Below, one piece after another: positions 45,981-54,235 of a stretch of 64,000 nucleotides of DNA. The first letter of the stretch is position 1; each line of letters starts with the position of its first letter. The position numbers and the translations under genes were made by a program. This stretch comes from an uncultured Acidobacteriota bacterium (GTDB taxonomy: Bacteria; Acidobacteriota; Vicinamibacteria; Fen-336), in contig OY970399.1 in assembly GCA_963720545.1 (NCBI GenBank), positions 1,568,001 through 1,632,000 on the forward strand, in the 5' to 3' direction. The notes under the pieces were generated by a model, which saw only the letters and a program-made list of their open reading frames with translations, was not told the DNA's origin and searched no databases.

Positions 45981-47245
45981 AGCCGCCGGCCGTCCGCGAC
46001 CACCATGGTGCCGTCCTTCAGCACCCGCGAGATGGCCGGGACGCCGACCCGCACCAGGTCGAGGAGCCGATCGGAGCGCAGCACCACGAAGTCGGCGCGC
46101 TTGCCGACCTCGATGCTGCCGACGCTGTGGTGCAGGTCGAGCGAGTACGCTGCATTGATGGTCACGGCCGCGACCGCTTCCTCGAGCGAGAGCCCCATGC
46201 CGAAGCACGCCATGGCCATGGCGAACGGCAGCGACGGCGACAGGCCGCCGCCGGGGTTGGCGTCGGTCGCCACCGCCACCGGCACCGCAGCGTCGATCAG
46301 CGCGCGCGCCGGCGCGTAGCGGCCGAGGCGCAGGAAGAGCGCCGCCGACGGCAGCAGCGTCGCCACGGTGCCGGCCGCCGCCATCGCGGCGATGCCAGCC
46401 GGCGAAACGTGCAGCAAGTGGTCGGCGGAGCGCGCGCCGAGTTCGGCCGCCACTTCGGCGCCGCCGGTCCAGGCCAGCTCATCGGCGTGCACGCGCGCCT
46501 TCATGCCGTTGGCTTCGGCGCAGCGCAGGATCTGGCGCGTCTCGTCCACCGTGAAGACGCCCTCTTCGCAGAAGACGTCGCAGAAGGTGGCGAGCCGCCG
46601 CCGCGCCACTTCGGGAATCATCTCGTCGCACAGGAGGCGGATGTACCCGGCGCGGTCGCCGCGGTGCTCGACCGGCACGTCGTGCGCGCCGAGGAAGGTC
46701 GGCACCACCGTGCAGGGATGACTGCTCGCCGCATCGCGGATGGCTTCGAGCGTGCGGATCTCGGACTCGGTGGTGAGGCCGTAGCCGCTCTTGATCTCGA
46801 CGCTGGTGGTGCCGCACAGCAGCATCTCGTCTAGGCGCCTGATGAGCGTGTCGCGCAGCTCGGCGCGCGACGCGTTGCGCGTGGCCGCCACGGTGCTGAC
46901 GATGCCGCCACCGGCGGCGGCGATGTCCTGGTAGCTGCGGCCGGCAAGGCGCATGCGAATTTCGTCGTCGCGGTTGCCGAGGTAGGCGATGTGCGTGTGC
47001 GCGTCCACGAACCCCGGCAGCACCAGGGCGCCGTCCACTTCGAGCACCGAGCCCTCGGAGAGCACGTTCACGTGGCCCTCCCAGTCGCTGTCTGCGCCCA
47101 CCCAGACAATCTGTTCGTCGAGCACCGCAACGCAGGCGTTCTCGACGATGGCAAGGTCGCCCAGCGCGGCGCCGGTGCGCGGCGCCGGGCCCGCGAGCGT
47201 CGCGAGCCTGCCGATGCGGCGAATGACGAGGTCGGCGTCGATCAT
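45977..47245 (-). CDS. hutI: Imidazolonepropionase
   Basis: PGFVDAHTH, GGGI.STV.ATR, EIKSGYGL, TFLGAH, DVFCE, HADEL, SADHL, ATDANPG. Confidence 0.93.
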   Translation of the reverse strand: MIDADLVIRRIGRLATLAGPAPRTGAALGDLAIVENACVAVLDEQIVWVGADSDWEGHVNVLSEGSVLEVDGALVLPGFVDAHTHIAYLGNRDDEIRMRLAGRSYQDIAAAGGGIVSTVAATRNASRAELRDTLIRRLDEMLLCGTTSVEIKSGYGLTTESEIRTLEAIRDAASSHPCTVVPTFLGAHDVPVEHRGDRAGYIRLLCDEMIPEVARRRLATFCDVFCEEGVFTVDETRQILRCAEANGMKARVHADELAWTGGAEVAAELGARSADHLLHVSPAGIAAMAAAGTVATLLPSAALFLRLGRYAPARALIDAAVPVAVATDANPGGGLSPSLPFAMAMACFGMGLSLEEAVAAVTINAAYSLDLHHSVGSIEVGKRADFVVLRSDRLLDLVRVGVPAISRVLKDGTMVVADGRRL

Positions 47246-47270
47246 CGTGAGTGGCTTGGCGCCTAGCCGA

Positions 47271-47870
47271 TCAGTAGTAGACGGTCACGCGAAATGCGCC
47301 GGAATTGTCCTGCAGGTAGTCGTCGTTCACGCCGAGGAACAAGCGGCCGCCCGCGCGCGCCCGGATCGGTGAGCGGTCGTCGCCGATGAAGAAAGGATCG
47401 CCGTCCTCGCCGATGCGGCCGATGAGGGCCGCCGCGGCACGGCTGGGAATGGGCCGGTTGGCGTTGCGCGGCGAGCCCGATTCGCCGGCCGGCCCGTCTG
47501 CGCGCTTCGGCCCCCAGCGCACTTCGCCGCGCGCGTAGAAGTAGAGCTGCTGGCCGCCGCGCACCTCGATGCCGGTTTCGGTCCAGCCCGAGGCCGCCGC
47601 CACGTTCACCTCGCGTTCGCGCGCGCCGCGCGGCGGGGTGCCGGCGTCGTCGCCCGAATATCCGCGGCCCTCGAACTCGATGCGCGCGACCTCGTCGCGC
47701 CTGAACCGCTGCACGTCGCCGCGCGAGTCCTCGAACTCGACGCGGCTGCCGTCGATTGCGACCAGCTCGCCGTCGTAGCGGCGGCCGTTTCGCAGCACCA
47801 GCACGTCGGCCTGCGCGCTCGCGCCAAGCGCCAGCAGGAGCACGCAGCAGGTCAGCGGGGAATGACGCAT
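47271..47870 (-). CDS. Secreted protein with LecA/PA-IL-like domain
   Basis: Signal peptide; D.LVLRNG N-domain; W.ETGI, ALIGRIG..PFFIG, GRLFLGVNDD...DNSG.F.V. Confidence 0.7.
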   Translation of the reverse strand: MRHSPLTCCVLLLALGASAQADVLVLRNGRRYDGELVAIDGSRVEFEDSRGDVQRFRRDEVARIEFEGRGYSGDDAGTPPRGAREREVNVAAASGWTETGIEVRGGQQLYFYARGEVRWGPKRADGPAGESGSPRNANRPIPSRAAAALIGRIGEDGDPFFIGDDRSPIRARAGGRLFLGVNDDYLQDNSGAFRVTVYY

Positions 47871-47896
47871 GGCTGCAAGGATAATATGAGAGTCCT

Positions 47897-49282
47897 ATGG
47901 CCCAGGCGACGCGCAGCGAACTGGACAGTTTCGGCCTCATCGAGGTTCCCGCAAACCGCCTGTGGGGAGCGCAGACGCAGCGCTCCTTGCAGAACTTCAG
48001 GATCTCGACCGAGAGGCTGCCGGCCGCGCTGATCGCCGCGCTGGCGCTGGTCAAGAAGGCAGCGGCCCTCGTCAACGAGGATCTCGGCCTGCTGGACGCG
48101 AAAAAGGCGGGCGCCATCGTCGCCGCCGCCGACGAGGTGCTGGGCGAGCGCCACGCGGACGAGTTTCCGCTGGCCGTCTGGCAGACCGGTTCGGGCACGC
48201 AGAGCAACATGAACATGAACGAGGTGCTCGCCAACCGGGCCAGCGAGCTGCTGGGCGGCGAGCGCGGCGAGGCGCGTCTCGTGCACCCGAACGACGACGT
48301 CAACAAGAGCCAGTCGTCGAACGACGTCTTCCCCACCGCCATGAGCGTCGCCGCGGCCCGCGCCGTGGGCGACGCCGTCATCCCTGCCGTACGCCGGCTG
48401 CGCGACGTGCTCGCGCAGAAGTCGGCGGAGTTCGTCTCGGTGGTGAAGATCGGCCGCACCCACTTGCAGGACGCGACGCCTTTGACACTCGGCCAGGAAT
48501 TCTCCGGATACGTGAGCCAGCTCGACCACGCGATCGCGCATCTCGAGGCGTCGCTGCCGCACCTCTACGAGCTGGCCCTTGGCGGCACCGCGGTCGGCAC
48601 CGGCCTCAACGCGCATCCCGAGTACGCCGCGCGGGTGGCGGCGCGCATCGCCGACCTGAGCGGCCTGCCGTTCGTCACTGCGCCCAACAAGTTCGAGGCG
48701 TTGGCGGCCAACGACGCCATGGTGCACGCCCACGGCGCCCTCAAGACACTGGCGGCGGCGCTCAACAAGATCGCGAACGACGTCCGCTGGCTCGCCTCCG
48801 GCCCGCGCTGCGGCATCGGCGAGATCACGATCCCGGAGAACGAGCCGGGCAGCTCGATCATGCCGGGCAAGGTCAACCCGACGCAGTCCGAAGCCGTGAC
48901 CATGCTGTGCGCGCAGGTGTTCGGCAACGACGCCGCCATCAACATCGGCGGCGCCTCGGGCAACTTCGAGCTGAACGTGTTCAAGCCGCTCATCGCCCAC
49001 AACTTCCTGATGAGCTGCCGCCTGCTCGCCGACGGCTGCGACTCGTTCCGCGAGAACTGCGCGGCGGGCATCGAACCAAATGCCGCGCGCATCGCCCAGA
49101 ACCTGCAGAACTCCCTGATGCTCGTCACCGCCCTCAACCCCCACATCGGCTACGACAAGGCCGCCAAGATCGCGAAGCACGCCCACACCACCGGCAAGAC
49201 CTTGCGCGAAGCCGCCGTCGAGCTCGGCTACGTGAGTGCCGCCGACTTCGATCGCTGGGTCCGCCCCGAAGAGATGGTGTAA
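47897..49282 (+). CDS. fumC: Class II fumarate hydratase
   Basis: [43 protein letters not shown]. Confidence 0.98.
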   Translation: MAQATRSELDSFGLIEVPANRLWGAQTQRSLQNFRISTERLPAALIAALALVKKAAALVNEDLGLLDAKKAGAIVAAADEVLGERHADEFPLAVWQTGSGTQSNMNMNEVLANRASELLGGERGEARLVHPNDDVNKSQSSNDVFPTAMSVAAARAVGDAVIPAVRRLRDVLAQKSAEFVSVVKIGRTHLQDATPLTLGQEFSGYVSQLDHAIAHLEASLPHLYELALGGTAVGTGLNAHPEYAARVAARIADLSGLPFVTAPNKFEALAANDAMVHAHGALKTLAAALNKIANDVRWLASGPRCGIGEITIPENEPGSSIMPGKVNPTQSEAVTMLCAQVFGNDAAINIGGASGNFELNVFKPLIAHNFLMSCRLLADGCDSFRENCAAGIEPNAARIAQNLQNSLMLVTALNPHIGYDKAAKIAKHAHTTGKTLREAAVELGYVSAADFDRWVRPEEMV

Positions 49283-49332
49283 CGAGCCCGAATTCCTGAG
49301 CCGCGTATGTCGTTGGACGCGCGGTGAAGGAT

Positions 49333-49456
49333 CCGCCAGCCCTTGCGCAACTCGTTCCGGAACGAGTCGCCCCACCATTCTGGCCAGCCGCATCAGGATT
49401 GATGCGGTTCGCTCCTCGACATGGTGGACTGCGTCCGGACGCAGTTGAGGTGGCGG
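49333..49456. ncRNA. Putative structured RNA or DNA element (four-way junction), unassigned
   Basis: Nested stems: 49333-38/49451-56; palindrome 49350-67; 49372-78/49421-27 enclosing 49388-95/49400-07; palindrome 49428-45. Confidence 0.5.
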
Positions 49457-49473
49457 GCGTGTTGTAATTGGCC

Positions 49474-50064
49474 ATGCCGACGGCGACGAAGAAGGCGATC
49501 GACAGCGTCGTGTTTCCCAGCGCGGCGCATTGGGATGCGTGGCTTGCGAAGAACCACGACAAGGCGCCCGGCGTGTGGGTCAGGATGGCAAAGAAAGCGT
49601 CCGGCAAGGCGTCGGTCGGATATCCCGACGTACTCGATATCGCGATCTCGTGGGGGTGGATCGATGCGCTACGGCGCGCGCACGACGAGCACTGGTACCT
49701 GCAGCGGTTCACGCCGCGGGCGAAGCGCAGCCCGTGGTCGAAGATCAACTGCGCCAAGGCGCTGGCCATGATCCGCGCGCAGCGCATGCAGGCGCCGGGG
49801 CTCGCCGAGGTCGAGAGGGCGCGGAAGGACGGGCGCTGGCAGAAGGCTTACGCCGGACAGAAAAAGTCGGCGGTGCCCGCCGATCTCGCGTCGGCGCTAG
49901 CGAAGAACAGGAAGGCGGCTGCCTTCTTCGCCACCCTCGATTCGAAGAACCGCTATGCGGTGCTGTACCGCATCCAATCGGTGAAGAAGGCGCAGACGCG
50001 CGCGGCGAAGATCGCCTTGTTTGTCGCAATGCTGGCGCGCGGCGAGCGCCTCCACGCGACGTAG
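49474..50064 (+). CDS. YdeI/OmpD-associated family protein
   Basis: W.AWL.KNH, WGWID, RFTPR...SPWSKIN, VPADLA.AL, KKAQTR. Confidence 0.92.
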   Translation: MPTATKKAIDSVVFPSAAHWDAWLAKNHDKAPGVWVRMAKKASGKASVGYPDVLDIAISWGWIDALRRAHDEHWYLQRFTPRAKRSPWSKINCAKALAMIRAQRMQAPGLAEVERARKDGRWQKAYAGQKKSAVPADLASALAKNRKAAAFFATLDSKNRYAVLYRIQSVKKAQTRAAKIALFVAMLARGERLHAT

Positions 50065-50070
50065 GCGCCG

Positions 50071-50520
50071 CTAGAACACCTTCTTGCTGTCGATGAGGAT
50101 GGTGACCGGCCCGTGGTTCACGAGGCTCACGTCCATCATCGCCTGGAAGATGCCCTCGGCCGTGCGCAAGCCGTGCGCGCGGACCGCCGCGACGAACTTG
50201 AGGTAGAGGACGCGGGCTTCCTCCGGCGGGGCCGACTCGATGAAGCCGGGGCGGCGGCCGCGGCGCACGTCGCCGTAGAGTGTGAACTGCGAGACGGCCA
50301 ACACCTCGCCCGCGGCGTCCAGCACAGAGCGGTTCATGGCGCCCGCGTCGTCCGGAAAGATCCGCAGGTTCGCGACCTTGTCCGCCACGTAGGCGACGTC
50401 CGTCTCGGTGTCGCCGCGGCCCACGCCCAACAGCACCAGGAGGCCCGCGCCGATCTCGCCCACCACGGCACCGTCCACCCGGACCGACGCCTGATGGACC
50501 CGCTGCACCACGGCTCGCAT
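50071..50520 (-). CDS. dtd: D-aminoacyl-tRNA deacylase
   Basis: [23 protein letters not shown] (N.GPVT). Confidence 0.97.
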   Translation of the reverse strand: MRAVVQRVHQASVRVDGAVVGEIGAGLLVLLGVGRGDTETDVAYVADKVANLRIFPDDAGAMNRSVLDAAGEVLAVSQFTLYGDVRRGRRPGFIESAPPEEARVLYLKFVAAVRAHGLRTAEGIFQAMMDVSLVNHGPVTILIDSKKVF

Positions 50521-50591
50521 GGCAACGGATTGTAATAGCATGGCGCGCAAGGCCCGGATTTCACCGTTCGGGGCCAGGGAGGAGCCAATCC

Positions 50592-50858
50592 GTGACGTAC
50601 GTCATCGCCGAGCCCTGCATTGACACCAAGGACACCGCCTGCGTCGAGGTGTGCCCGGTCGATTGCATCCACCCCAAGAAGGACGAGGCGGACTTCGCCA
50701 CCGAGAACAAGCTCTACATCGATCCCGAGACCTGCATCGACTGCGGCGCCTGCGTGCCGGTGTGCCCGGTGCAGGCGATCTTCCCGCAGGACGAAGTGCC
50801 CGATAAGTGGAAGCACTTCACGCAGATCGACGTCGACTGGTACGAAAAGAAAAAGTAG
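50592..50858 (+). CDS. fdxA: 7Fe ([3Fe-4S][4Fe-4S]) ferredoxin
   Basis: [18 protein letters not shown] and [21 protein letters not shown]. Confidence 0.93.
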   Translation: MTYVIAEPCIDTKDTACVEVCPVDCIHPKKDEADFATENKLYIDPETCIDCGACVPVCPVQAIFPQDEVPDKWKHFTQIDVDWYEKKK

Positions 50859-50864
50859 GGGGCC

Positions 50865-51308
50865 ATGGACAAGAACCTGCGTCTCGCGCGTTTGTTTTTC
50901 GTCCTGCTCCTCATCGTCACGGCCGGGCGCTGGATCCTCGGCTTCCGCCACGTCCCCTACGCCGAAGGCACCGACAAGTTCAGCATCGTGACGCTGACGA
51001 TCTTCGGCGCCATCTTCTACGGCGCCTTCGTGCGCCGCTGGCAGGGCTACTCGCTGGTGCAGGCCGCGCTGCTCGGCGCGCTGCTCGGGTTCTCCGGGCA
51101 GGTCCTGGTGTTCCTCTCGACCGCCATCACTTACGGGCTCGGCATCGACAGCTACTTCTCGTTTCCGCGCGCGCTGAACGTCGACGCCCCGATCGGCTTC
51201 GCCGACGCCATGCTGCGGCGCGCCGGCGGGATGTTCTTCAACACTCTGTCGGGCGGCATCGTCGGCGCCATCGGCTGGGCGTTCGGCGGCCTGCTTCCCG
51301 AGAAGTAG
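50865..51308 (+). CDS. Four-TM membrane hypothetical protein
   Basis: Four hydrophobic segments; starts 6 nt after the ferredoxin stop; GC3-rich codons. Confidence 0.75.
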   Translation: MDKNLRLARLFFVLLLIVTAGRWILGFRHVPYAEGTDKFSIVTLTIFGAIFYGAFVRRWQGYSLVQAALLGALLGFSGQVLVFLSTAITYGLGIDSYFSFPRALNVDAPIGFADAMLRRAGGMFFNTLSGGIVGAIGWAFGGLLPEK

Positions 51309-51315
51309 GCGGCGG

Positions 51316-52170
51316 CTACTTCTTCGGCCGCAGCGCGGCCATCATCTCTTTCGCGGCGGCGCGGTCCAAATGCGCGAACCCGGCGAACTGCTGGCCCGAG
51401 AAGAGCGACTCGGCGCCGTCGAGCGTGACGATGTCGCCCGTCTGGTAGGGGCTCGCATCGCTCATCATGTAGGCGGCGAGGTTGGCGAGCTCGTCGTGGC
51501 GGCCGAAGCGTCGTGACGGCACCCGGCGCAGAGCCTGCTTCTCCACCTCTGCTCCCGGCATCAGCCGCGAGAAGGCGCCGTCCGTCGGGAATGGCCCGGG
51601 TGCGATGCCGTTGAGCCTGATGCCGTACGCCGCCCACTCGACCGCGAGCGAACGCATCATCGCCGCAACGCCTGCCTTGGCGGCCGCCGACGGCAGCACG
51701 AACGCCGAGCCAGTGGCGACGTACGACGTGAGCATCGAGAGCACTTCCCCGCCCGCCTTGCGCGCGATCAAGCGGCGGCCCAGCTCGCGAGTGCAGTAGA
51801 ACGACCCGTAGAGAACGATCTGCACCACCGAGTTGAAGGCGTTGTCCGACAGGTCTTCGGACGGGCTCAGGAAGTTGCCGGCGGCGTTGTTGATCACCTG
51901 GTTCGCTGCCCCCAGCTCGCCTTCGAGCGCGTCGAACGCGGCGACGATCGCGGCCGAATCGCGGACGTCGCAGACCGCACTCGCGGCAGTGCCGCCGGCC
52001 TGGCGAATTGCCGCGACCGTCTCCGCGAGCGGTGCCGCGCGCCTGCCGAGGATGCCGACCTTCGCGCCGAGCCCGGCAAAGCGCATGGCCACGGAGCGGC
52101 CCAGGCCGGTGCCGCCGCCACTGATGATGGTGGTCTTGGCGGCGAGCAGGTCGGGGCGGAACGGCTCCAT
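51316..52170 (-). CDS. SDR oxidoreductase, 2,4-dienoyl-CoA reductase-like
   Basis: SGGGTGLG, NNAAGNF, SAAAKAG, IAPGPF. Confidence 0.9.
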   Translation of the reverse strand: MEPFRPDLLAAKTTIISGGGTGLGRSVAMRFAGLGAKVGILGRRAAPLAETVAAIRQAGGTAASAVCDVRDSAAIVAAFDALEGELGAANQVINNAAGNFLSPSEDLSDNAFNSVVQIVLYGSFYCTRELGRRLIARKAGGEVLSMLTSYVATGSAFVLPSAAAKAGVAAMMRSLAVEWAAYGIRLNGIAPGPFPTDGAFSRLMPGAEVEKQALRRVPSRRFGRHDELANLAAYMMSDASPYQTGDIVTLDGAESLFSGQQFAGFAHLDRAAAKEMMAALRPKK

Positions 52171-52180
52171 GCCGCGGATG

Positions 52181-52528
52181 CTAGCCGCCGGAACGCTTCG
52201 ACGCGAAGCCGCGCGCGGCGAGCGCTCGCTCCACGGTGTCGCGGTGGTCGCCCTGGATCTCGATGATGCCGTCCTTCACCGTGCCGCCGGCACCGCACGC
52301 CGCCTTCAGCTCGCGGCCAAGCGCGTCGATGGCGTCGCGGTGGCCGCGGATTCCGCTCACGAGCGTGACCACACGGCCGGAACCGCGGCGGTCGAGGCGC
52401 AGCCGTGCCTGCGAGGCGCGCGGGTCGAGCGCGCGCGAGCCGGCCGGCGCAGGACGCGGTGCGCGCGGCGCGTCGGTCGAATACGCGAGCGCTGTTTCAG
52501 CGCCGCCCACGGGGGTTTTTCTCCGCAT
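52181..52528 (-). CDS. yciH: Translation initiation factor SUI1/eIF1 homologue
   Basis: LAYSTD, GRVVTLVSG, LKAACGAGGTVKDG.IEIQGDHRD. Confidence 0.92.
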   Translation of the reverse strand: MRRKTPVGGAETALAYSTDAPRAPRPAPAGSRALDPRASQARLRLDRRGSGRVVTLVSGIRGHRDAIDALGRELKAACGAGGTVKDGIIEIQGDHRDTVERALAARGFASKRSGG

Positions 52529-52585
52529 TGAGGTCAATGTTAAAGTTCCGCCTGCAGATCTTTTCCTAACGCAAGCGAGGATCCT

Positions 52586-52843
52586 ACGACGAACCGCGGA
52601 CGAGCAAGCCAGGCGAAAAGAAGGCGGGAGATCGCTCGCCAGGAAAAGGCCCGGGACAAGGCCGCCGATCGCGCCACCCGCCGCGACACCCGAGTCACCC
52701 GCGAGCGCCCCGCCGGTGAAGACCCGGACATCGCCGGGATCCGCCCCGGACCGCAGCCGCTTCCCGAGGAGTTCGCCGACCTGCGTGACCTTGGCGACCT
52801 GAACGCCGAGGAAGGCGAAGAAGAAGAAAAAGAAGAGGCGTAG
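52586..52843 (+). CDS. Small basic-N/acidic-C protein (EDPDIAGIRPGPQP), apparent ACG start; not in the ORF track
   Basis: 85 codons (M)TNRGRASQAKRRREIARQEKARDKAADRATRR...EDPDIAGIRPGPQPLPEEF...EEEEKEEA*. SD GAGGA at 52577-81. No in-frame ATG/GTG/TTG after the TAA at 52541. Confidence 0.75.
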   Translation, partial: TTNRGRASQAKRRREIARQEKARDKAADRATRRDTRVTRERPAGEDPDIAGIRPGPQPLPEEFADLRDLGDLNAEEGEEEEKEEA

Positions 52844-52854
52844 GCCCGCGGCAG

Positions 52855-53739
52855 CTACGGCGTCAGCACCTCGACGCCGTCCTTCGAGATGAAGATGGTC
52901 TTCTCGGCCTGCGCCACCGGCCGGCGCCCCCGTTCCACGAGCGGCGGGTAGACCTGCAGGTCGCCGGCGCGCTCCAGGCTCTTGAGCGTCGCGTCCACCT
53001 CGGCGCGCGCGAACTCGGAGAGCTGGCGGCGGGCGAACGGCAGGCCGCGAAACGCCTGGATCGCGGTGACGAGCGCGTTGCCCTTGCGGTTGGGCGGGCC
53101 GACATGGCGGAAGACCTCGGCCTTGCCCTCTTCGGTGATGAGCCCCTTGCCGTCGGTCGCGAACGGCTCGATCGCCACCACCATCCCGGCCACGAGCCTC
53201 GTGGTCGAACCGTCGGCGACGTTGGGAATGGAGGGCGAGGTGTGCACGGTGTAGCGGCCGACGCCGTGGCCGCACAGGTTGCGCACAGGGGTCAGGCCGT
53301 GCGAGCGGATCGTCAGCTCGATGGCGGCGGCGACGTTGTTGATGCGCACGTTCGGCCCGGCGGTGCTGATGGCGGCATCGAGCGCGTCGACGGCGGCGTC
53401 GACGAACTTCTGGCGTTCCGGCACGCCGCCGACGTTGACGGTGAGCGCGGTGTCGACCACGTAGCCGTCCACGTGCACCCCGAGGTCGAGCTTGGCCAGG
53501 TCGCCCTGCTGGTAAGCGGTCTCGTCTTCCGGAGACGGACAGTAGTGGGCGGCAATGTGGTTGACCGAAGACTGCGTCGGGAACGCCGGCAGGCCGCCGA
53601 GGCGCGTCATCTCGTCGTCCACGAACTGGCAGACATCGCGGATGGTGGCGCCGGGCACGATGCGCGCGGCGCCGTCGCGGCGCACCTGCGAGGCGATGCG
53701 ACCCGCTTCACGCAGGCATTCCAGGGCTTCACGAGTCAT
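52855..53739 (-). CDS. map: Type II (archaeal/eukaryotic-type) methionine aminopeptidase
   Basis: AFP...S.N.IAAHY, KLDLGVHVDGY.VDTA.TV, NLCGHG...VH, AIEPFAT.G.G, insert GLPFARRQL, YPPLVE...VAQAE.T. Confidence 0.9.
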   Translation of the reverse strand: MTREALECLREAGRIASQVRRDGAARIVPGATIRDVCQFVDDEMTRLGGLPAFPTQSSVNHIAAHYCPSPEDETAYQQGDLAKLDLGVHVDGYVVDTALTVNVGGVPERQKFVDAAVDALDAAISTAGPNVRINNVAAAIELTIRSHGLTPVRNLCGHGVGRYTVHTSPSIPNVADGSTTRLVAGMVVAIEPFATDGKGLITEEGKAEVFRHVGPPNRKGNALVTAIQAFRGLPFARRQLSEFARAEVDATLKSLERAGDLQVYPPLVERGRRPVAQAEKTIFISKDGVEVLTP

Positions 53740-53761
53740 GGGAGGCAGAGAGGATAGCAAA

Positions 53762-53806
53762 CAAAAGGTCGCGCCCGGGCCGCGGAAATGTCCGCGGACC
53801 CGGGCG
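53762..53806 (-). terminator. Rho-independent terminator of csp
   Basis: 15-bp GC stem with one bulge (53772-53806), followed on the minus strand by CCTTTTGTTT. Confidence 0.75.
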
Positions 53807-53830
53807 TGATGGCACGCGTCGCTGCAGCGG

Positions 53831-54031
53831 CTACGCCTTGGAGACGTTCGCGGCGCGCGGACCCTTCGGGCTGTCGACCACCTCGAAGCGCACTCGCTCA
53901 CCCTCGTTCAGGGTGCGAAACCCGTCGGCGCGGATTTCAGAGTGGTGCACGAACACGTCCGGACCACCTTCACGCGAGAGGAAGCCGAATCCCTTGGCTT
54001 CGTTGAACCATTTCACCGTACCTTCGATCAT
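53831..54031 (-). CDS. cspA: Cold-shock protein
   Basis: [34 protein letters not shown]. Confidence 0.97.
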   Translation of the reverse strand: MIEGTVKWFNEAKGFGFLSREGGPDVFVHHSEIRADGFRTLNEGERVRFEVVDSPKGPRAANVSKA

Positions 54032-54180
54032 GAACGTGCGGCCTCCTCAGACCTGTGCCAGCACTGCGCCACCAGACGCGTCCCAGCACGAGTCCCGCCA
54101 CCGCGGCGGGCATCAGTTGGTACGCCGGTGTAACGGCTGCTGGCGAAGCGAAAGATAGAAGGGCGCATGACACCTGTCAA
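54032..54180 (-). promoter_or_regulatory. csp promoter and long structured 5' UTR
   Basis: TTGACA (54180-75)-N17-TATCTT (54157-52); roughly 110-nt leader with internal stems. Confidence 0.75.
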
Positions 54181-54235
54181 CATACGTTGTTCGAGGCGGT
54201 AGGCTCGGCAAACGTTCGAGGAGGAACTGCGAAAG

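Noticed and set aside
49372..49427. Hairpin-ribozyme-like loop A (minus strand CCACCA-U-GUC ... AGAA-UGGUGG) in the four-way element
   Set aside because: The adjacent helix 1 does not pair and the conserved loop B sequences are absent.
52808..52840. GAA-rich simple repeat
   Set aside because: Explained as the poly-Glu tail of the small ORF, not a microsatellite or array.
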